From: a virus
DNA length: 64,000 nt
Reading direction: 5' to 3' (one strand)
Virus record (IMG/VR): IMGVR_UViG_3300045988_116318
Coordinates: 84,184-148,183 of that record
The position numbers and the translations under genes were made by a program. Positions 1 to 10,519 of this stretch are shown here, in pieces. The notes under the pieces were generated by a model. That model worked only from the letters and a program-made list of their open reading frames with translations. It was not told the DNA's origin and ran no database searches. How positions within the stretch are numbered: the first letter of the stretch is position 1; each line of letters opens with the position of its first letter.

Positions 1-654
1 AACTCTTATGTTACAGAAAGGGTTGAGATTACGAATGATGAACTTCTTAAGGCAGGTATAGATCCTTCGGTTGAGGAGCGTAATTATCCGGTGGATGGTT
101 ACAAATCAAGTTTTGGAACCTGTGATTTTGTAGATACCGGAAAGAAGGAAGGTTATTCTTATGATAAGTATCTTATAAGTAATGGCCTTCCCCGTTTGGC
201 TTCTAAGGCTGATGTTAAGAATGATCTTTATGATATAGTAAAGGTTCACGGTTCTTACCTTAAGCCAGAAGAAATGAATGTTGTTAAAACCCTTGTTGAT
301 AATTTTATTGACATGTCTGATAACATATCAGTTCAGTTGGAAGGAATGGATGATAGGGGTTCGAGAGAAGTAGCGGTCAATTTCTATGATAAAAGGACTA
401 AAAATTCTAAAAATCCTGCATTGTTGTTCTCGGATTTTGTTCCTTTGGATCCAGGTAATGATGAGTATGCGGATTACTGGAATAACATTCACCAGAAGTG
501 TCCTCAGTACTTCTTTGTAAAATACGTGAAGGAGGCTGTTCAAGAACGTCTTGATCAGATGAGAGATCCGTATATGAGAGGAATAAATATCATGCCCAAC
601 ATGAATGATAAGTTTAGCAAGTTGAACGATTTTTTGCAGAAAATTTATGGCTGA
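1..654 (+). CDS. hypothetical protein, 5'-partial (reading frame open to window edge; ATG at 91 is internal)
   Basis: Frame 1 has no stop from nt 1 to TGA 652-654. Stop overlaps start of next gene (ATGgcTGA), indicating translational coupling. Confidence 0.6.
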   Translation, partial: NSYVTERVEITNDELLKAGIDPSVEERNYPVDGYKSSFGTCDFVDTGKKEGYSYDKYLISNGLPRLASKADVKNDLYDIVKVHGSYLKPEEMNVVKTLVDNFIDMSDNISVQLEGMDDRGSREVAVNFYDKRTKNSKNPALLFSDFVPLDPGNDEYADYWNNIHQKCPQYFFVKYVKEAVQERLDQMRDPYMRGINIMPNMNDKFSKLNDFLQKIYG

Positions 655-3600
655 CAATAATATAGATAGATATAATCCTGCTGCTAAAACCACTTACGAA
701 GATGTGGCAAGGCAAAGGAAATTAGCCGAAGAAGAGAATTACACTCCGGCTACATTACCAGAGACGACAACGCCTCTGGTTCCTAATTATATGCCTGGTG
801 AAGGTGTGTATGCCCAACCTAAATTTCCGGATTACGCATCAAGGATAGCTGCTGCCGAATACGAAGAACCGTATATAGCCAAGGAGATAAGCAACAGCTA
901 TTCGGAGGCACTGGCTCGTAACAGCTACAGGGGGGCTACACCTGCCCCGCCACCTCTTAATCCCTATGGACCGAAGGTAAGTATCCGTGAAAGTCATCAG
1001 ATGGGTAATGATGGGGTATGGCGTACAAAATATCCCAACTATATTCCGGGTATAAATAATGAGGATTATTATGCCAGAAGACAGAGCGGATGGAGTAAGT
1101 TTTGGAATGGTGTAGGCAAATTCGCTTTAAAGTCCGCATTGTACGGTGCTCAAGGAGTTGTGTCACTGCCTGACAAACTTATCAATATGGCATCTGAGGG
1201 AAGTTACAAAGCTGCGTTAAACACTAACATGGATAAGTTTGTAGGTGATCTTGACCAGCAAATAGACATGCTTCTTCCCCATTATTACAGGAAAGAGGTA
1301 GAAGATTATAATTTTGGTCAGAAGCTTTTTAAGGATACCGGTAATTTCTTGTGGAATGACGTCCTCGGTAATGGTATGTCTTTTACCGTAGGAGCCATGA
1401 TATCAGCGTACATGACCGGAGGACTTGGGGTTGGATCATTGGGCAATATAGGTGCTAAATTAGGTGGAAGAATCGGAGCTAAGTTGGCAGCAAGGCAAGC
1501 TGCCAATAGGGGCATAGGAAGCCTTAAAAGCGTGTTTAACGACTATGTAAGAAAAGGAGTTGCTACCGGGAGGAATGTAGGGGAGGCGGCTAAGACCATG
1601 ACGTTGTTGGCTACCAGTGCCGGATTCGAATCATCGGTTGAAGCAAATTCTTTTATGAAGCAATCCGAGTCTGATTTCAAGGATTATTATCGTAAGATTT
1701 ATGGTCGTGATCCCAATGCAGAGGAAATGGCTGTTTTTCGTAATTCTAATGCTGATGTAGGTAGTGCGATATTTGCTGCCAATATGGGTATAGTAGGATT
1801 ATCTAACTGGCTTCTTTTTGGCAAGTATATAGGTTTAGGAGGCAAGGCTATACCAGGGTTGGAAAAGAAACTTAATAAGCATCTATTTGGATTAGGGACG
1901 GAAGTCGCGAAGCCGGGAGAGATGGCTATTAAAATAACTAATCCCAATATAGGGCAGAAGATAGCTGGTAATGTTTTCAATATCATGAAAAGACCTGTGT
2001 CCGAAGGCTTATGGGAAGAAGGATCTCAAGGTGCTGTTCAGAATACGGCTGAGGAATATGTTAAGTCAAGATATGATAATGTAGCCATGAACGGAGCCGT
2101 TGATGTTCTTGATGCTATTTCTGAAGGATTTAAAAAGCAATATACGTCTAAAGAAGGATGGACTGAAATAGGAATCGGTGCTATTATCGGTTCTTTGTTT
2201 GGTATGAGGGAAGGCTTCTTTGGGGTGAAAGAGTATAGCAATAGTCAGATCTTGCTGGAAAGGCAAGTGAATGAATATAACAAAGCATCTTCTAATCTTA
2301 ACACGGCGGCTTTGAATACGTTGAAAAAATCAATGAGTTTAGGGCCTCAAGTTCGTTCCGATGCCCAGTCTATGACTGGTAAGGAGCTTGATGATGCTAT
2401 GTTTGAAAAGATGTCTATTGACAACCAAATGGGAACCTTAGAGGATTCGGCTGAAAATTTCCGGCAGATGATTGATATGATGCCTATTTCGGAAATAGCC
2501 GAAGCTAATGGAATGTCTTTGGAAGAGGCAAAGAAATACAAGGATTCTATTATTGATAATTATAACAATCGTCTTTCTGATTTCAGATCTGCCCAGAGTT
2601 TTGCTGAAGATCTTATAGGTGATGACTCTAAGATTGAGTTTAGGAAATACGTAGCTCGCAATGCTTTTCTTGGTCTTCAATCGGAATCAAGAATGAAAGA
2701 CATAGCTTCTGTCATAGAAACGCTTTCGGGGCAGCCTCGAGTGGCATATGCTCTAAGTACGTTCTCCCGGCTGTCGGACAGGGCAAGGGAGCGGGCTATG
2801 GCTATTCGTGGCATACGGTCAAGGATAGAAGAACTTGAATCCGAAATAGAAGATCTTGCCACCCGTCCTCGTAACGTAGATGGAAAAGACCCACAAGCTG
2901 AGTCCATACAACGAAAAACCAAAGAATTGGAAGATCTTAGAACCAATTACAATAATTCGTTGTCTGAGTTATCAACGTTAATAGGAAAAGAGTTTTCGAT
3001 AGAAGAGTTGGTAAGTAAAACCGAATCTGTTTTATCATCACCTCTTTCTCCTATAAGCTCACAAGATGTAATAGAGGCTTATGATACGCTCGTGGCTTTT
3101 GATGATTATTTCAATGTAAAATCAAGACAAGAAAAGAAGTTTACAGCCAAAGACAAAGCCATGAGATCCTTGGTAAATGAATACCGTAGGAGTTTGATGG
3201 ACTATAGGAATATGAATAATTTCTTGTCTAAGATGCTTGATAAAAGATTCTTAGCTGAGGAAAACAGGGGATTTTCAAAAGCGCTGTCTTCTCTATGGTC
3301 TACTCCTTATAAGGGGGATGACAAGGTTCCTGATTTTGCAGAGCCTAATAAAGTCGGTGAATATGACACTGATGAGGTAGTAGATCAAGCTGTGTCAGAA
3401 GGTAAGATTTCGGAAGACGAAGCTTGGACTATTAAAGCATTTATGCATGCTCTTGATAAAGTAAGAGAAGATAGGATGAAGGAAGCGGAAGATAATATAA
3501 AAGAGTCACCGCTTACGGAGTCTGTATCGGATGAAGATTATGAGGCTGCTATGGATAATCCTATTATGGTTCCGGCCGTAAGGCAGTCTATAATTGATAA

Positions 3601-6600
3601 ACTATATACAGGCAATGCTGATCTTCTTACTGCGAGAGAAAAAGATGTGTATGATAAATACAAACAAGATTTTGATGATTATGTATCATCTTTGGGTGAC
3701 AGTCCTGTTAATCTCATAAAATCATTATCTGAGAAGGCTGATAGGCTTACAAGTCCGAGATCTGTGTATGAGGATAATAAAGCTATTATTGATATGGCTA
3801 AATCCAATTTAGAACCAGATCAAAGGAAGGAACTTGATGATGCTATTTCTTCGTATGTTGATATAATGAACAGACGGGATAAAGGGGAGAAGGTTGACGA
3901 AGATAAGCTTGCCGATTCGGTATTTACCATAGAAGATCTTGGCCAGGTTGGAAACATCACAGATCTCCTTCCTTATGTTGAACAAAACAGGATTATTGAC
4001 AAAGGTCGTATCTCTGAATCTACGTTGAGTAATTTTGGGGAAGATGATGCTAATATAGATTCTCTTGTAAATGAGTTAGATGAATCCGATAATACGCCTG
4101 GAGCTAACATAGATAGCGCCCAGAATCCAGAGACGTTGATGGTTAGAAGAATATCCAACGATGGCAACGAAAGGTATGAAATTGCAGGTCTTAGAGCCGA
4201 TAAATTTATATCTTCTATAAAATCATTGGTTCCTATTCAAATAAGCTCTGAAACGAACGCTAATGGCACTAAAAGGTATTCTCTTAATATAGGTGGAGAA
4301 ACGGCTACTATAATTGAATTGCCTTATCATGCGAGATGGTCTATAGACAAAGAATCGGCTCGTGTTCTTAACCGTTACACAGACGTGTCTATTCAGGACG
4401 TGGGTAATTCCTATTCTTTGGTTTATAAGCGTCTTGATTCAGATGAATTGGTTCCGTACAGAACAGGTGTCGGATTCGGAGAGAATGAGGTAGATAAAAT
4501 AGATCAGGAAGCATTATCTTCTTTGAAAAAAGGAGATAAGGTTAATCTCGAAATAGATGTAAATGATACCTATAATCAGTCTCTTTTTGCCGAATACAAT
4601 GACGCTGTTCAGTCCGGCGATAAAAAAAGAATAGAATCTGCTGAGAATAAACTGGTATCCAATATGGTTATCAAGGTCATGAGTGGGAACAGATTCGTTT
4701 CTGTTGTAAAAGCTGATACAGGAGGCATAGATGGTATAAGTAAAATAAGAAGAACGGCTTTTAACAAGTGGAAGAAGGACGCCGGCCGGTCGGCTACCAT
4801 CGGCGTCGGCACGCATGTTGTTGCCCAGGCCCTTCCCGGAAGACCGGTGTTTAACATGAAGGTGAACGGTCAAGGATATGGCCAGGTAGAAAATCTCCCT
4901 ATTACCGAAAAAGGTGCTGAAAAAGTATCTGATGTGGGGTATGTATTAAATGGCAAAGTCGTGCTTAAGAACGGATCTAAATACACAGGATTCCCATTTG
5001 CTTATTCTATATTAAACGATAAGAAAAACAATTACAAAAATGTAAGAGTTCCGGTAGTCGTTATCAAGGGTAAGAATGGTCTTAATTATCTTTTCCCGGT
5101 TAGTCTACGTTCTGTGGAATCAGAGGAAGGAAAGAAATGGATTTCTTTTATAGATATGCTGCTTGAATCCGGTGACTCTGAATTGTTGCAGATGGGTCAA
5201 GATGACATACAAGATCTTAATGCGTATCTGACCAAGTTAGGTCTTGATCCAGCTTCGTATCAAGTATCGTATTTGAATCCTATTTCAGGTCTTAGAAAAG
5301 CTCGTGAGGCTATAGAAGAATTATCTACAGTTCCTGATGTTGTTAAGTGGGTAGAAGATGGAAGTAGGAGTGTGAAAGACATTGTGACGTCTGAAGTAGA
5401 ATCTGGAATAGATTTCGAAGGTGAGATGTTTGTTGCTCCTAAGATCAGGATTCAGTTTGGTAAATCATCTTCCAGACCTAAATCACTTATAGAAGATGAT
5501 CTCCCTTTCTCCGATGAGGGTAAGACCGTTACTTCCAAGGAAGATGTGGATATTTACGAAGAGGAAATGCCAGAGGAAGAGCCTGTCCAGGCGACTCAGC
5601 CGACGCCATCAACTCAGCCGGCTCCTGCGGCACAAGCTGCGCAGTCTTTACCTGGCAAGAAGCGTACCTCCAGGAAAAACTTCTCTCTTATGTTAAACGA
5701 AATAGAATCTCATATAGAAAAAGAAGGATTGCCGCCTTATGCTAATATTTTTGATTTTATAGCAAGGAAGATTGTAGGAGGCGATTTGAGGTTTCTTCGT
5801 GATAGAGGTAATCCTAAAAGCCTTAAGGAAGAAATGGGATTAGAACCTAAAGGAACAGTAGGTGATAAAATATCCACTCCTTCCAGTAAAGGTGGTAAGA
5901 CCTTAGAAGAATACGTTTCTTGGCTTCGTTCTCAAACAGATCAGGTGGTGGTTGATTATGTTGGGCCAAGATCTGACGAACAAATTATATCAGAGTTGAA
6001 AAACTTTTTGAAATATATTAATTTTGTTCCAAGCAAGGCTTTGAATTATTCTCTTAGAGTCAATGGCATGGATACCCTAAAAGAATATGGCACAAAAGAG
6101 GAAGTAGAAAAAATGGAATCTGATATCAATAGTTTGGTTTCTAAAGTTTTGCCTACGGTGGACAACCAAACTATAGAAGATGTTTCTACTGCAATAAAAT
6201 CAAACAACTTGCCTGCCATATGGGAGCCCGTGGAAAGCCTTGATATGACAAACGAGGAAAAAATAGAGTTTTTGAATAACGTAGCAGATTTCCTTAGCGG
6301 CATACCAGAGTATGATGCTGTCGTGGAGTCTATAGAGTCAGAATCAGATAATATTTTAAATGATGGAAAAGAAGGAAGTGCAGAAGGCGGTGCAGTACGC
6401 ACTGAGGAAGATGGCGATAAAAAGGGAGATGGAGAAGGCAAAGGACAATCCAGAACAAATGTCGAAGTTGAAGGAAATGTCGAATTACCTGGATCTACAA
6501 AAGGAGAAATAGGAAAAGACGAACCTCGTATATCCGAAGAACCGCTTACTTACATATCAAGGGTGACAACCCCTTATTTCCTGTACGGCGGTGATGAAGC

Positions 6601-6931
6601 ATATACATCTGTTCCGGCTAAGGTAGAACCTATACCGGAGAAGATAATGGGTCGTAATGGCATTAAATTTGGTATGAGTGTAGTCGAGTTAACCAAATTA
6701 GGGTACAAAAAAGCTGGTGGAAACTGGATATATAAATTCTATATGAACTCAGGTGTGTATGATTTGTATAATATAAGTTCCAGTGCATTCATCCGCTCTT
6801 TATCTCAATCTGGTAGAAAAATACAAAATATGATGAGTAATATGAGCCAGGAAGAGATAGATAGGAATAAGAATCTTGTAGAAGGTTCTGATAATTCGGA
6901 TTCGATAAATGAGTTAAATAAGGAGTGTTGA
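647..6931 (+). CDS. giant protein (2094 aa), putative virion/ejection-associated protein
   Basis: Uninterrupted 6.3-kb ORF. Gly-zipper hydrophobic stretch (GGLGVGSLGNIGAKLGGRIGAKLAA...GIVGLSNWLLFG). Long coiled-coil segments. Pro/Gln/Ala linker and Lys/Glu/Gly low-complexity tail. No catalytic motif recognised. Confidence 0.85.
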   Translation: MADNNIDRYNPAAKTTYEDVARQRKLAEEENYTPATLPETTTPLVPNYMPGEGVYAQPKFPDYASRIAAAEYEEPYIAKEISNSYSEALARNSYRGATPAPPPLNPYGPKVSIRESHQMGNDGVWRTKYPNYIPGINNEDYYARRQSGWSKFWNGVGKFALKSALYGAQGVVSLPDKLINMASEGSYKAALNTNMDKFVGDLDQQIDMLLPHYYRKEVEDYNFGQKLFKDTGNFLWNDVLGNGMSFTVGAMISAYMTGGLGVGSLGNIGAKLGGRIGAKLAARQAANRGIGSLKSVFNDYVRKGVATGRNVGEAAKTMTLLATSAGFESSVEANSFMKQSESDFKDYYRKIYGRDPNAEEMAVFRNSNADVGSAIFAANMGIVGLSNWLLFGKYIGLGGKAIPGLEKKLNKHLFGLGTEVAKPGEMAIKITNPNIGQKIAGNVFNIMKRPVSEGLWEEGSQGAVQNTAEEYVKSRYDNVAMNGAVDVLDAISEGFKKQYTSKEGWTEIGIGAIIGSLFGMREGFFGVKEYSNSQILLERQVNEYNKASSNLNTAALNTLKKSMSLGPQVRSDAQSMTGKELDDAMFEKMSIDNQMGTLEDSAENFRQMIDMMPISEIAEANGMSLEEAKKYKDSIIDNYNNRLSDFRSAQSFAEDLIGDDSKIEFRKYVARNAFLGLQSESRMKDIASVIETLSGQPRVAYALSTFSRLSDRARERAMAIRGIRSRIEELESEIEDLATRPRNVDGKDPQAESIQRKTKELEDLRTNYNNSLSELSTLIGKEFSIEELVSKTESVLSSPLSPISSQDVIEAYDTLVAFDDYFNVKSRQEKKFTAKDKAMRSLVNEYRRSLMDYRNMNNFLSKMLDKRFLAEENRGFSKALSSLWSTPYKGDDKVPDFAEPNKVGEYDTDEVVDQAVSEGKISEDEAWTIKAFMHALDKVREDRMKEAEDNIKESPLTESVSDEDYEAAMDNPIMVPAVRQSIIDKLYTGNADLLTAREKDVYDKYKQDFDDYVSSLGDSPVNLIKSLSEKADRLTSPRSVYEDNKAIIDMAKSNLEPDQRKELDDAISSYVDIMNRRDKGEKVDEDKLADSVFTIEDLGQVGNITDLLPYVEQNRIIDKGRISESTLSNFGEDDANIDSLVNELDESDNTPGANIDSAQNPETLMVRRISNDGNERYEIAGLRADKFISSIKSLVPIQISSETNANGTKRYSLNIGGETATIIELPYHARWSIDKESARVLNRYTDVSIQDVGNSYSLVYKRLDSDELVPYRTGVGFGENEVDKIDQEALSSLKKGDKVNLEIDVNDTYNQSLFAEYNDAVQSGDKKRIESAENKLVSNMVIKVMSGNRFVSVVKADTGGIDGISKIRRTAFNKWKKDAGRSATIGVGTHVVAQALPGRPVFNMKVNGQGYGQVENLPITEKGAEKVSDVGYVLNGKVVLKNGSKYTGFPFAYSILNDKKNNYKNVRVPVVVIKGKNGLNYLFPVSLRSVESEEGKKWISFIDMLLESGDSELLQMGQDDIQDLNAYLTKLGLDPASYQVSYLNPISGLRKAREAIEELSTVPDVVKWVEDGSRSVKDIVTSEVESGIDFEGEMFVAPKIRIQFGKSSSRPKSLIEDDLPFSDEGKTVTSKEDVDIYEEEMPEEEPVQATQPTPSTQPAPAAQAAQSLPGKKRTSRKNFSLMLNEIESHIEKEGLPPYANIFDFIARKIVGGDLRFLRDRGNPKSLKEEMGLEPKGTVGDKISTPSSKGGKTLEEYVSWLRSQTDQVVVDYVGPRSDEQIISELKNFLKYINFVPSKALNYSLRVNGMDTLKEYGTKEEVEKMESDINSLVSKVLPTVDNQTIEDVSTAIKSNNLPAIWEPVESLDMTNEEKIEFLNNVADFLSGIPEYDAVVESIESESDNILNDGKEGSAEGGAVRTEEDGDKKGDGEGKGQSRTNVEVEGNVELPGSTKGEIGKDEPRISEEPLTYISRVTTPYFLYGGDEAYTSVPAKVEPIPEKIMGRNGIKFGMSVVELTKLGYKKAGGNWIYKFYMNSGVYDLYNISSSAFIRSLSQSGRKIQNMMSNMSQEEIDRNKNLVEGSDNSDSINELNKEC

Positions 6932-6933
6932 GT

Positions 6934-7257
6934 ATGAGAAGGAGATACGAAGATGTTTCAAGTCTTGTTCAGTATCAGTTGAAGACCAATCAGCAGGGGA
7001 ATATAGAGGTTTATGTTGATGACAGGTTTGTTGGAAACGTAAGTGAAGGAGTCTGTAATTGGAAGGATATTGAATACAAGAGTAAGGTTACTATATCTTT
7101 GAAAGGAGTCGAGGATAAGGCTAAAACTTCAAGTAAAAGAGTCGGTCCTTATTGTCACATTTATAGCATATTTGGAGGAAATGAATCTTATCATGCAGGT
7201 CCGGATAGTAATATAAAAAAAGAGTCCGGTTACCACCTTTATAATGTATTGTTATAA
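6934..7257 (+). CDS. hypothetical protein (107 aa from ATG 6934; ORF track starts at GTG 6925)
   Basis: AAGGAG RBS about 8 nt upstream of ATG 6934. Immediately follows giant gene stop. Confidence 0.5.
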   Translation: MRRRYEDVSSLVQYQLKTNQQGNIEVYVDDRFVGNVSEGVCNWKDIEYKSKVTISLKGVEDKAKTSSKRVGPYCHIYSIFGGNESYHAGPDSNIKKESGYHLYNVLL

Positions 7258-7513
7258 AAATGGGGATATTACAACTACCACTACTTATACTAAAAATTTA
7301 TCTGGAACTCTTCAGATAGGTAAAACACAATTGACTATCAATTACAAACAAAGTAAAAGTCAGTCTTTCTCCGGTGGTTCTGGAGATTATGTAACATCCG
7401 TATCTGATTTCCCTTTTGTTACTGGTCCAGGAAATGATAGCGTTGAGTTCGAAGGAGAGGGAAGATTGATAGTTGAGACAGAGGCTTCGCATTATGAAAT
7501 AGAAGTTTCATAA
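7244..7513 (+). CDS. hypothetical protein (89 aa), Thr/Ser/Gly-rich
   Basis: ORF overlapping previous gene by 14 nt in the +1 frame. Confidence 0.45.
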   Translation: MYCYKNGDITTTTTYTKNLSGTLQIGKTQLTINYKQSKSQSFSGGSGDYVTSVSDFPFVTGPGNDSVEFEGEGRLIVETEASHYEIEVS

Positions 7514-7554
7514 TTTCTATTTTTATACTATCTTTGTCTAAAATATTTATCACT

Positions 7555-9813
7555 ATGGGTGTCAAATGTCAGATAGAAAAAAAGGAAAATGAAATAAAAC
7601 GGGTTAAGGCTCCTAACGGGGAGCCTTCCGTTCTTTACGAAAGTGCTTTAAAAGTATTAGGAAACAGCGAGCGGGCTCTTCAGGTATGGGCTAAGGCTTA
7701 CACTCCTGGTTTTTTGTCGTATTACGGTCATTGGAATAACCCGGCTCCAGGGGAGATGTTTAATACCGATTCCAATGGTGAACCTCTTTTAGAAGACGTG
7801 CTGTCGTATATGAAGCGTCAAACTTATTTTGCCGATCCTCTAACGGATCAGGATGTTAAGGATGTAAGAGATTTTCTTTTATCTACCTATGGTGTTTATA
7901 CGGCACCATCATTATCCAACATCATTCTTCATTATTTTTATGTAGATGGTAGTTTGATACTGAATGAGCAGAATTTAAGAAGATCAGGCTTGTATAATGA
8001 AACAGAGATAAGTAGAATCTTATCTGATCCTTCTGTTCTTAATGAAGTTTCGACATCCATGAGGAAGTTATTGGATTATTCCAATAACGAACATGATAGG
8101 GAAAAAGATAATTATTTTATGTCTGTTGACTATCAGTATGGTCCTATTGTTTACAAGAAGGGAGTGTTTAACCAATTTGGTAAAAAAGTACCATATAATC
8201 CTTCTGAGCTTTATTATGCTATGCGTAAAACAGTAGCCGGCATAAAAAACTTTTCTGAATTTTCATCTGCTTTTGAATCGTTGAGAAACTCATACCCTGA
8301 ACTGGTTGAGAAATTCGTTTCTGATAAAGAATTTGCCGAATCTATGTTTGATGAGTTCTCATCTACGAATAAGATTCCGGTAATAAACATAGAAGGGGAT
8401 GATGTGGTAGAAGGCAAGAGAAGATCCTTGTCTAAGCTACAAGATCTGTCTTATTACAATCCTGGCAAAATAGAGTTCCTAAGAGCTCGTATATCAGCTT
8501 ATTTACATAGGGTTAATGCCGACACCGAATCCGATTTAAGAAGCATGATATGGGATATAGAAGAGGCTTGTACGTGGTTTGGCATAGATATAATAGGGAC
8601 ATCGGAAACTTATGATGGCACAGAAGAATCTTTGAATAAGATAGATAATTTGATGCTGGATCTTGATATTTATGTGGCCAGGCATAATGATGTAAATTAT
8701 GCTCCAACGCTGGCATCTTCTATAGATGATGTTCTTGGTGATAGTACAGACTATTATTTTGGATTATTGCCGGAGTATATGGATAATTTGAATATCGTTT
8801 ATTCTGAATCCGATATAGACCCAGTAGAGGCATTTGAGAAACATTCATTGCTTAAGGTAGGAGATAATCTATATCAAAGGATCAGCAAAGATGATCTTAA
8901 CGAGATGTATCAAATATCAACAGTATTAGCCAAGCACAACCTAGCTCATTTTTCTACTAAAATATATCCTGAATCTTGTTTTAAGAACGGCGTTTTGGAT
9001 AAAGAGAAAGTACGGAACGTAGATAATAATACGCTCATGGATTCCATTAAAAAATACGTCAGATCGTTCATGGATTCTCAGAACACGGAGGACATGATAA
9101 TGACCAGGATGGCGTTTGGTCACCCGGCGGTACTTGACGTTCCTTACGTGGATGTGGATCGGGAGTATAGTCGATACATGAACAAAAAACAAGATAGCGA
9201 AAACCCATTATCCTTATTCGATTTATACCAATCTTACCTTGACAACAAACTCCATAAAACAAAATTATATGATAATGCCTATAAGTATCTTGACTTCAAA
9301 CCTGGTCCATCTTTGGGCCTTATTTCTGATGATCCTGATATTTTGAAATCAATAGAATTATCTTTATCTGGAAAAGACAGGTTGATGTTGTTTGATTATA
9401 GCATGACCAGTACCGACCCTTCTTTATCAGAATTGTTTTATTTGGAGAAGTATGACCCTTCGTATGCCGGGAATGATTTTGAACACTATTTTTACACCAG
9501 GCACCCGTATTTGTTAAAAGAAAAATCGGGTCCTAATATCGTAGAGCAAGATGGTGTTATAACAGCCGAAGGTATTTATGATAATTTTATAAGAGTAGGT
9601 AATAAGATATGGTCTAAAGTAAGCGAAAGTAGTTCCGGCTCTATCTACCAAAATCTGACAGGAACCGAATCGGAGGTGAAATACGATTCTACTCAGAAGG
9701 TTAAGACGGTAGAAACCGATTACGCTCCATACCAAAACAGATCTGGCCTGACGCAAGATATGATCGTAAGCAAGTCTGAATTGGATGATCTTAACAAATT
9801 AGAATGCAAATAA
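7555..9813 (+). CDS. hypothetical large protein (752 aa from ATG 7555; ORF track begins at TTG 7534)
   Basis: Long ORF with uniform composition, followed by hairpin+T-tract terminator. Confidence 0.75.
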   Translation: MGVKCQIEKKENEIKRVKAPNGEPSVLYESALKVLGNSERALQVWAKAYTPGFLSYYGHWNNPAPGEMFNTDSNGEPLLEDVLSYMKRQTYFADPLTDQDVKDVRDFLLSTYGVYTAPSLSNIILHYFYVDGSLILNEQNLRRSGLYNETEISRILSDPSVLNEVSTSMRKLLDYSNNEHDREKDNYFMSVDYQYGPIVYKKGVFNQFGKKVPYNPSELYYAMRKTVAGIKNFSEFSSAFESLRNSYPELVEKFVSDKEFAESMFDEFSSTNKIPVINIEGDDVVEGKRRSLSKLQDLSYYNPGKIEFLRARISAYLHRVNADTESDLRSMIWDIEEACTWFGIDIIGTSETYDGTEESLNKIDNLMLDLDIYVARHNDVNYAPTLASSIDDVLGDSTDYYFGLLPEYMDNLNIVYSESDIDPVEAFEKHSLLKVGDNLYQRISKDDLNEMYQISTVLAKHNLAHFSTKIYPESCFKNGVLDKEKVRNVDNNTLMDSIKKYVRSFMDSQNTEDMIMTRMAFGHPAVLDVPYVDVDREYSRYMNKKQDSENPLSLFDLYQSYLDNKLHKTKLYDNAYKYLDFKPGPSLGLISDDPDILKSIELSLSGKDRLMLFDYSMTSTDPSLSELFYLEKYDPSYAGNDFEHYFYTRHPYLLKEKSGPNIVEQDGVITAEGIYDNFIRVGNKIWSKVSESSSGSIYQNLTGTESEVKYDSTQKVKTVETDYAPYQNRSGLTQDMIVSKSELDDLNKLECK

Positions 9814-9857
9814 TTTTTGTACATATATATAGTTTTTTTATAGTTATAATTTGGGAA

Positions 9858-9886
9858 GTGAGGCTTGTGAAAGTCTCACTTTTCTT
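9858..9886 (+). terminator. rho-independent terminator-like hairpin (GTGAGGCT-tgtgaa-AGTCTCAC) plus T-tract
   Basis: 8-bp stem with 6-nt loop followed by TTTTCTT, 45 nt after stop of 7555..9813 gene. A second AAAGT/ACTTT hairpin with T-tract lies at about 9920-9950. Confidence 0.5.
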
Positions 9887-10034
9887 ATATATGCACATAT
9901 ATCAGCAACATACAAGAAAAGTCAGACTTTCGTTGTTTTTGGATTATTTTTATTAAGTTTGCAATATTAGTTTCAGGAAGGGATTATAGAAAAAAAGGAA
10001 GGTAAGAACAGAATGTAACTAATAACGGTAGGAA

Positions 10035-10232
10035 ATGAGAATCAGTACCATCAAACGTAATAACAGCATTCATCTTATGTATAAAAACATTATGAATGAT
10101 TTAGGTCAATTAAGAACTGTAGTTTCAAAATCCTATATTTATAATCTGATACAAAATCAAACCGGATTAAGTATCAGAACTATATCCCATGTCTTGAATC
10201 ACACGAAAGAACAGGATACAGATTCTTTGTGA
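10035..10232 (+). CDS. small hypothetical ORF (65 aa) in AT-rich intergenic region
   Basis: ORF only. Followed by GC hairpin CAGGG...CCCTG plus GTTTGTTTT around 10313-10350. Confidence 0.25.
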   Translation: MRISTIKRNNSIHLMYKNIMNDLGQLRTVVSKSYIYNLIQNQTGLSIRTISHVLNHTKEQDTDSL

Positions 10233-10519
10233 AAACCATACATTTTCATACATTTGTGTGTTCTTTAGTTTTTAGATTTAAGTTTTTCATGGTATTAGTT
10301 TAGATTAGTGTAGATCAGGGTTCGCAGTGATGCGGGCCCTGGTTTGTTTTAAAAAGTATTAAAATATTTGTTATTTAAAATCCTGTTCCTATCTTTGTTC
10401 CAGAAACAATGAACAACGAGATCCCACCTCTGGTTGTTTGATGTTGAAAGATATTTTTGGCTCATTAGGGTTTGTCATAGTGGGATCTGACATTCTCTTT
10501 TGGGCCTATTTTTTTTATT

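Noticed and set aside
91-654. 187-aa ORF as a complete gene
   Set aside because: The frame is open back to nt 1 with no upstream stop, so the true start lies outside the window.
957-6441. Minus-strand ORFs inside giant gene 1 (957..1166, 1318..1515, 1699..1986, 4514..4873, 6046..6441 etc.)
   Set aside because: They are embedded antisense in an uninterrupted 6.3-kb + ORF, with Pro/Ser/Leu-rich artefactual composition.
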